A stretch of DNA of 63,785 bases, filler included. It is 4 parts of 4 records of this genome, joined end to end, with 100 filler letters (N's around TTAATTAATTAA, not from the genome) between each part and the next. Parts side by side here need not be neighbours in the genome. Positions count along the whole stretch, not along the records: positions 58,706 to 63,785 come from SRR31156797_15526; 3 more parts are not named here. One strand, 5' to 3'. Below the pieces are notes generated by a model. It was not told the origin of the DNA. It did not search any database and saw nothing but the letters and a program-made list of their open reading frames with translations. Made by a program: the position numbers and the translations under genes. Below, piece after piece: positions 60,886 through 63,785 of this stretch; the first letter of the stretch is position 1, and the number at the start of each line of letters is the position of its first letter.

Positions 60886-62877
60886 TTATAAAATATTATT
60901 TTGTGGTTTTCCAATATAATATCCTTGAACAAAATCTATTCCTATTTCTTTTAGTTTGTCTTCTATTTCTTTTTTGTATACCATTTCAGCAATTGTTTCC
61001 AACCCAACATTTTTTGCAAATTCAGCAATAGATTTTACAATTATTCTTGAGTGCTCATTTGTATCAATATCTTTTATCAAGGAACTATCAATTTTAAGAA
61101 AATCTATATTTAAATTTATGATATATGAAAAGTTTGAGTACCCTGAACCAAAATCATCAATTGCTAATCTTACTCCATACTCTTTAACTTTTTTTATAAA
61201 GTTGTTAAGAAACTTGAAGTCATGAATCTCTTCACTTTCTAGTATTTCTATAATAAGTTGTTTCCCTACATTGTATTTGTCTAACATCTTAAATAGGAAT
61301 CTTTGTGTTTCATTATTTACAATATCATCAATAGAAAAGTTTATAGAAAAGTCAATGTCTGCTCTATTTGAAAAATAGATAAATGTTTTTTCAATAATAC
61401 TGTGAGTGATTTTTGGATATAACTTTGCTTTTTTTGATACATCAATAAACATATATGGAGAGTGTATCTCTTCATTATGAAACATTCTTGCCAAACATTC
61501 ATATTTTTTAATCTCACCAGTTTTTAAGTTTTTGATTGGTTGAAAATATGGTATCAAGTTGTTTTTTTCTAAAGCCTCTTTTATATTTGTACTCCAAGTG
61601 ATATGTTTACTATATTCCTCTTGCAGTTCTAATGAATTGTCAAATTCTTCATATAAAGATTTTTGTTTTTTTGCTGTTCTTAGTGCAATTGTTGCTTTTT
61701 CTATAACTCTAGTTTTTGCATTATAAACAACACCCAAAGATGATTGAACATTTATGTCAGTATTTTCATATCTACAAATATCAGAGTTTAAAGAATTTAT
61801 TAATTGCATACAATAATCTTTTGAAATATCATGATTTATAAGTATTGCAAACTCGTCACTATAAAGTTTGTATACACTGTTTACATCTTTTGTTTTTTCA
61901 TGTAAAAACATAGCAATTTGTTTTAAAATAGTATCCCCAACTTTTACCCCATAGAAGTTGTTTATCTCTTTGAATGAATCTATATTTATTATTATTAGTG
62001 TATTTTTTTCATTCTTTTTTAAATCTTTTTCAAGTTTTACTATATTTGGAAGTCTTGTTAATGAATCTGTATAAAGGTTGTCAATAATCATATCATAGTA
62101 GTATTTGATTTTACTAAGCAGGTCATTGAAATGATTTTCTAATATATATAACTCTTTTATTTCTGGTTTGATATTTGACTTTTTAGAAAGGTCTGTATCT
62201 TTTGCTATTTCGTTTATCGCTTTTGTAAATTTGATTACAGGTGAGATAATTTTTTTGTTTATTAGAAAATAAAATATTGTAAAAAATATTGTAATAAATA
62301 TTGAAAAAAATACTAAAAAGTAAGTTATTAGCATATCAAGAGATATCTTAATCTCATTTGGAGGGTATGTTATATCTAATACACCATTTACATCTCCAAC
62401 TTTTGTATTGTAGTGACAGGTTATACACTCTTGTCTTACTTTCATAGGATAAAGATATCTAATACTTCCATTCTCTTCAATAATAAATTGTTTTTCACCT
62501 TTTAGTGCTTTTTTTATATGTGGATCATTTTGTACTTTTTCTTTGTCTTTTTTGACTACACCCATGATTTTTTCAACTTTTTCACTTCTATATGAGTGTA
62601 CAACTAATCCTTCTCTAATATGCTCCAGTCTTTTTAGTATTTGTACTAAATCCTCTTTTGCCCATCCCTCTTGCATTTTTGTGTTCATGATTTCAAAAAC
62701 AAGTTCACTTGTTTTTTTTGCATCATCTTCACCTAAATTATTTAATGCTATTTTTTTAATATAAAAACTTGAAACTAAAACAGAAATAATACTAATAATC
62801 AAGAGAGTTATGATGATTCTTAAAACTAATTTTCTGTTAGTTATCGGTTCTTTCAGTGCATTTACATATTTTTTCAA
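60886..62877 (-). CDS. membrane c-di-GMP phosphodiesterase: periplasmic heme-c sensor, HAMP, degenerate GGDEF, EAL
   Basis: CITCH between two TMs; YSDEF in place of GGDEF; ECLAR, EILE, IDDFGSGYS, LKID, QGYY. Confidence 0.88.
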   Translation of the reverse strand: MKKYVNALKEPITNRKLVLRIIITLLIISIISVLVSSFYIKKIALNNLGEDDAKKTSELVFEIMNTKMQEGWAKEDLVQILKRLEHIREGLVVHSYRSEKVEKIMGVVKKDKEKVQNDPHIKKALKGEKQFIIEENGSIRYLYPMKVRQECITCHYNTKVGDVNGVLDITYPPNEIKISLDMLITYFLVFFSIFITIFFTIFYFLINKKIISPVIKFTKAINEIAKDTDLSKKSNIKPEIKELYILENHFNDLLSKIKYYYDMIIDNLYTDSLTRLPNIVKLEKDLKKNEKNTLIIINIDSFKEINNFYGVKVGDTILKQIAMFLHEKTKDVNSVYKLYSDEFAILINHDISKDYCMQLINSLNSDICRYENTDINVQSSLGVVYNAKTRVIEKATIALRTAKKQKSLYEEFDNSLELQEEYSKHITWSTNIKEALEKNNLIPYFQPIKNLKTGEIKKYECLARMFHNEEIHSPYMFIDVSKKAKLYPKITHSIIEKTFIYFSNRADIDFSINFSIDDIVNNETQRFLFKMLDKYNVGKQLIIEILESEEIHDFKFLNNFIKKVKEYGVRLAIDDFGSGYSNFSYIINLNIDFLKIDSSLIKDIDTNEHSRIIVKSIAEFAKNVGLETIAEMVYKKEIEDKLKEIGIDFVQGYYIGKPQNNIL

Positions 62878-63034
62878 TCTTTAAACCCCATAAATAAGTT
62901 GATAATAATATGATAAATAATCTTAATATTAAATTATAAATAAGTTTAAAAAATTAATTATTTTTTAAGAAAAGTCTATAAGATATCTAATCTAATTTAT
63001 AATATAATAGTAAAGTATATAAAAAAGGAACTTT

Positions 63035-63367
63035 TTGAAAGAGTTGACACATTATTTTAATAAGAAAGATATTTTATTTAAAGAGATTAAACAAATACAA
63101 CCTAAAGAGTTGGGTTCAAGAAAAAAAATAGAGATTTTCACCGCTACATCTATTTATAAAGAATATTATGCAATTTTTATTGTAAATAGTAAGAGTAGAT
63201 TTATAAGGAAAAATGCAGAAGATTTAGTTACACTATTATCAAAACTAATTGATGCAGAAGAGCATAATTTCAAGAGAAAAGAATTGCTTATTTCCAGTCC
63301 TCTTTGCTCAAAAGCAAAGAAGTATTTAGAAGATGAAAAATGGAGTGTAAGAGTTGATTTTATGTGA
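63035..63367 (+). CDS. hypothetical protein coupled to coaX
   Basis: AAGGA RBS, TTG start, overlaps the coaX start. Confidence 0.65.
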   Translation: MKELTHYFNKKDILFKEIKQIQPKELGSRKKIEIFTATSIYKEYYAIFIVNSKSRFIRKNAEDLVTLLSKLIDAEEHNFKRKELLISSPLCSKAKKYLEDEKWSVRVDFM

Positions 63368-63785
63368 TATTGGAAATACAACATTTAATTTTAATATAAA
63401 TGGAAGAATTGAAACATATAGTTTAAATGCAAACTTACCAGATTTACCTGAGTTTGAAGAGAAGGTATATTATGTTTCAGTAAATGAAAATGCAACAGCA
63501 AAATTAAAATTTTGTTACGAAGATGCTGTTGATTTAGAACCATACATTGATTTTAAAACAAAATACAAAGGTATGGGCTTAGATAGAAAAATTGCCTGCT
63601 ATGGTATAGAAAATGGAATAGTAGTTGACGCAGGTAGCGCAATAACTGTTGATATAATGAAAAATGGAAAACATAAAGGTGGATTTATCTTGCCTGGACT
63701 TGAGTCTTTAAAAAATATTTATCCAGAAATCTCGCATAAACTTTTCTTTGATTTTAATACAAAGGTAAATTTAGATAAAATCCCC
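63354..63785 (+). CDS. coaX: type III pantothenate kinase, 5' part (runs off window end)
   Basis: Manual translation from TTG at 63354: MILCDIGNTT...MGLDRKIAC...VVDAGSAITVD...GGFILPG. Not in the ORF track. Confidence 0.9.
   Translation, partial: MILCDIGNTTFNFNINGRIETYSLNANLPDLPEFEEKVYYVSVNENATAKLKFCYEDAVDLEPYIDFKTKYKGMGLDRKIACYGIENGIVVDAGSAITVDIMKNGKHKGGFILPGLESLKNIYPEISHKLFFDFNTKVNLDKIP

Noticed and set aside
1150-63384. Many short ORF-track calls antisense to or nested in long genes (e.g. 1150-1353, 23136-23546, 48144-48602, 52191-52646)
   Set aside because: Shadow ORFs with no recognisable motifs, overlapping well-supported genes.

Overview
The window is four unrelated contigs joined by N-runs that carry a TTAATTAATTAA all-frame-stop linker (15732-15831, 43341-43440, 58606-58705), so gene adjacency across the gaps means nothing. 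Taxonomic calls below are inferences from gene content and sequence style. Contig A (1-15731, Bacteroidota-like): rpoD-type sigma fragment, HtrA, dapF, a Sia-like partner-switch cluster (double-domain SiaB kinase, two SiaC, two convergent SpoIIE phosphatases), nfo, three-subunit transhydrogenase, pdxH and the ppdK 3' end. Contig B (15832-43340, Marinifilaceae-like Bacteroidota): Crp regulator, sensor kinase, purT, pflB-pflA-focA, a T9SS subtilase, and a LytS/LytTR-flanked metalloprotease-SusC-SusD locus with a 9-12-9 direct repeat. Contig C (43441-58605, Desulfobulbales-like): minCDE, a sigma-54 promoter with an upstream palindrome, a disulfide oxidoreductase, exported MsrAB, an OmpR/BaeS-type two-component pair, and an integron (intI, attI, six attC sites, cassettes including a TIR protein). 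Contig D (58706-63785, Arcobacter-like): sensor kinase, heme-c GGDEF/EAL protein, coaX. The best candidate for an undescribed system is a gene the ORF track misses at 49422-49727 (minus). It encodes an exported 101-aa minimal MsrA-like protein with an in-frame UGA at the catalytic-Cys position followed by a SECIS-like hairpin. It lies directly upstream of msrAB, behind four 11-bp-periodic OmpR-type boxes.
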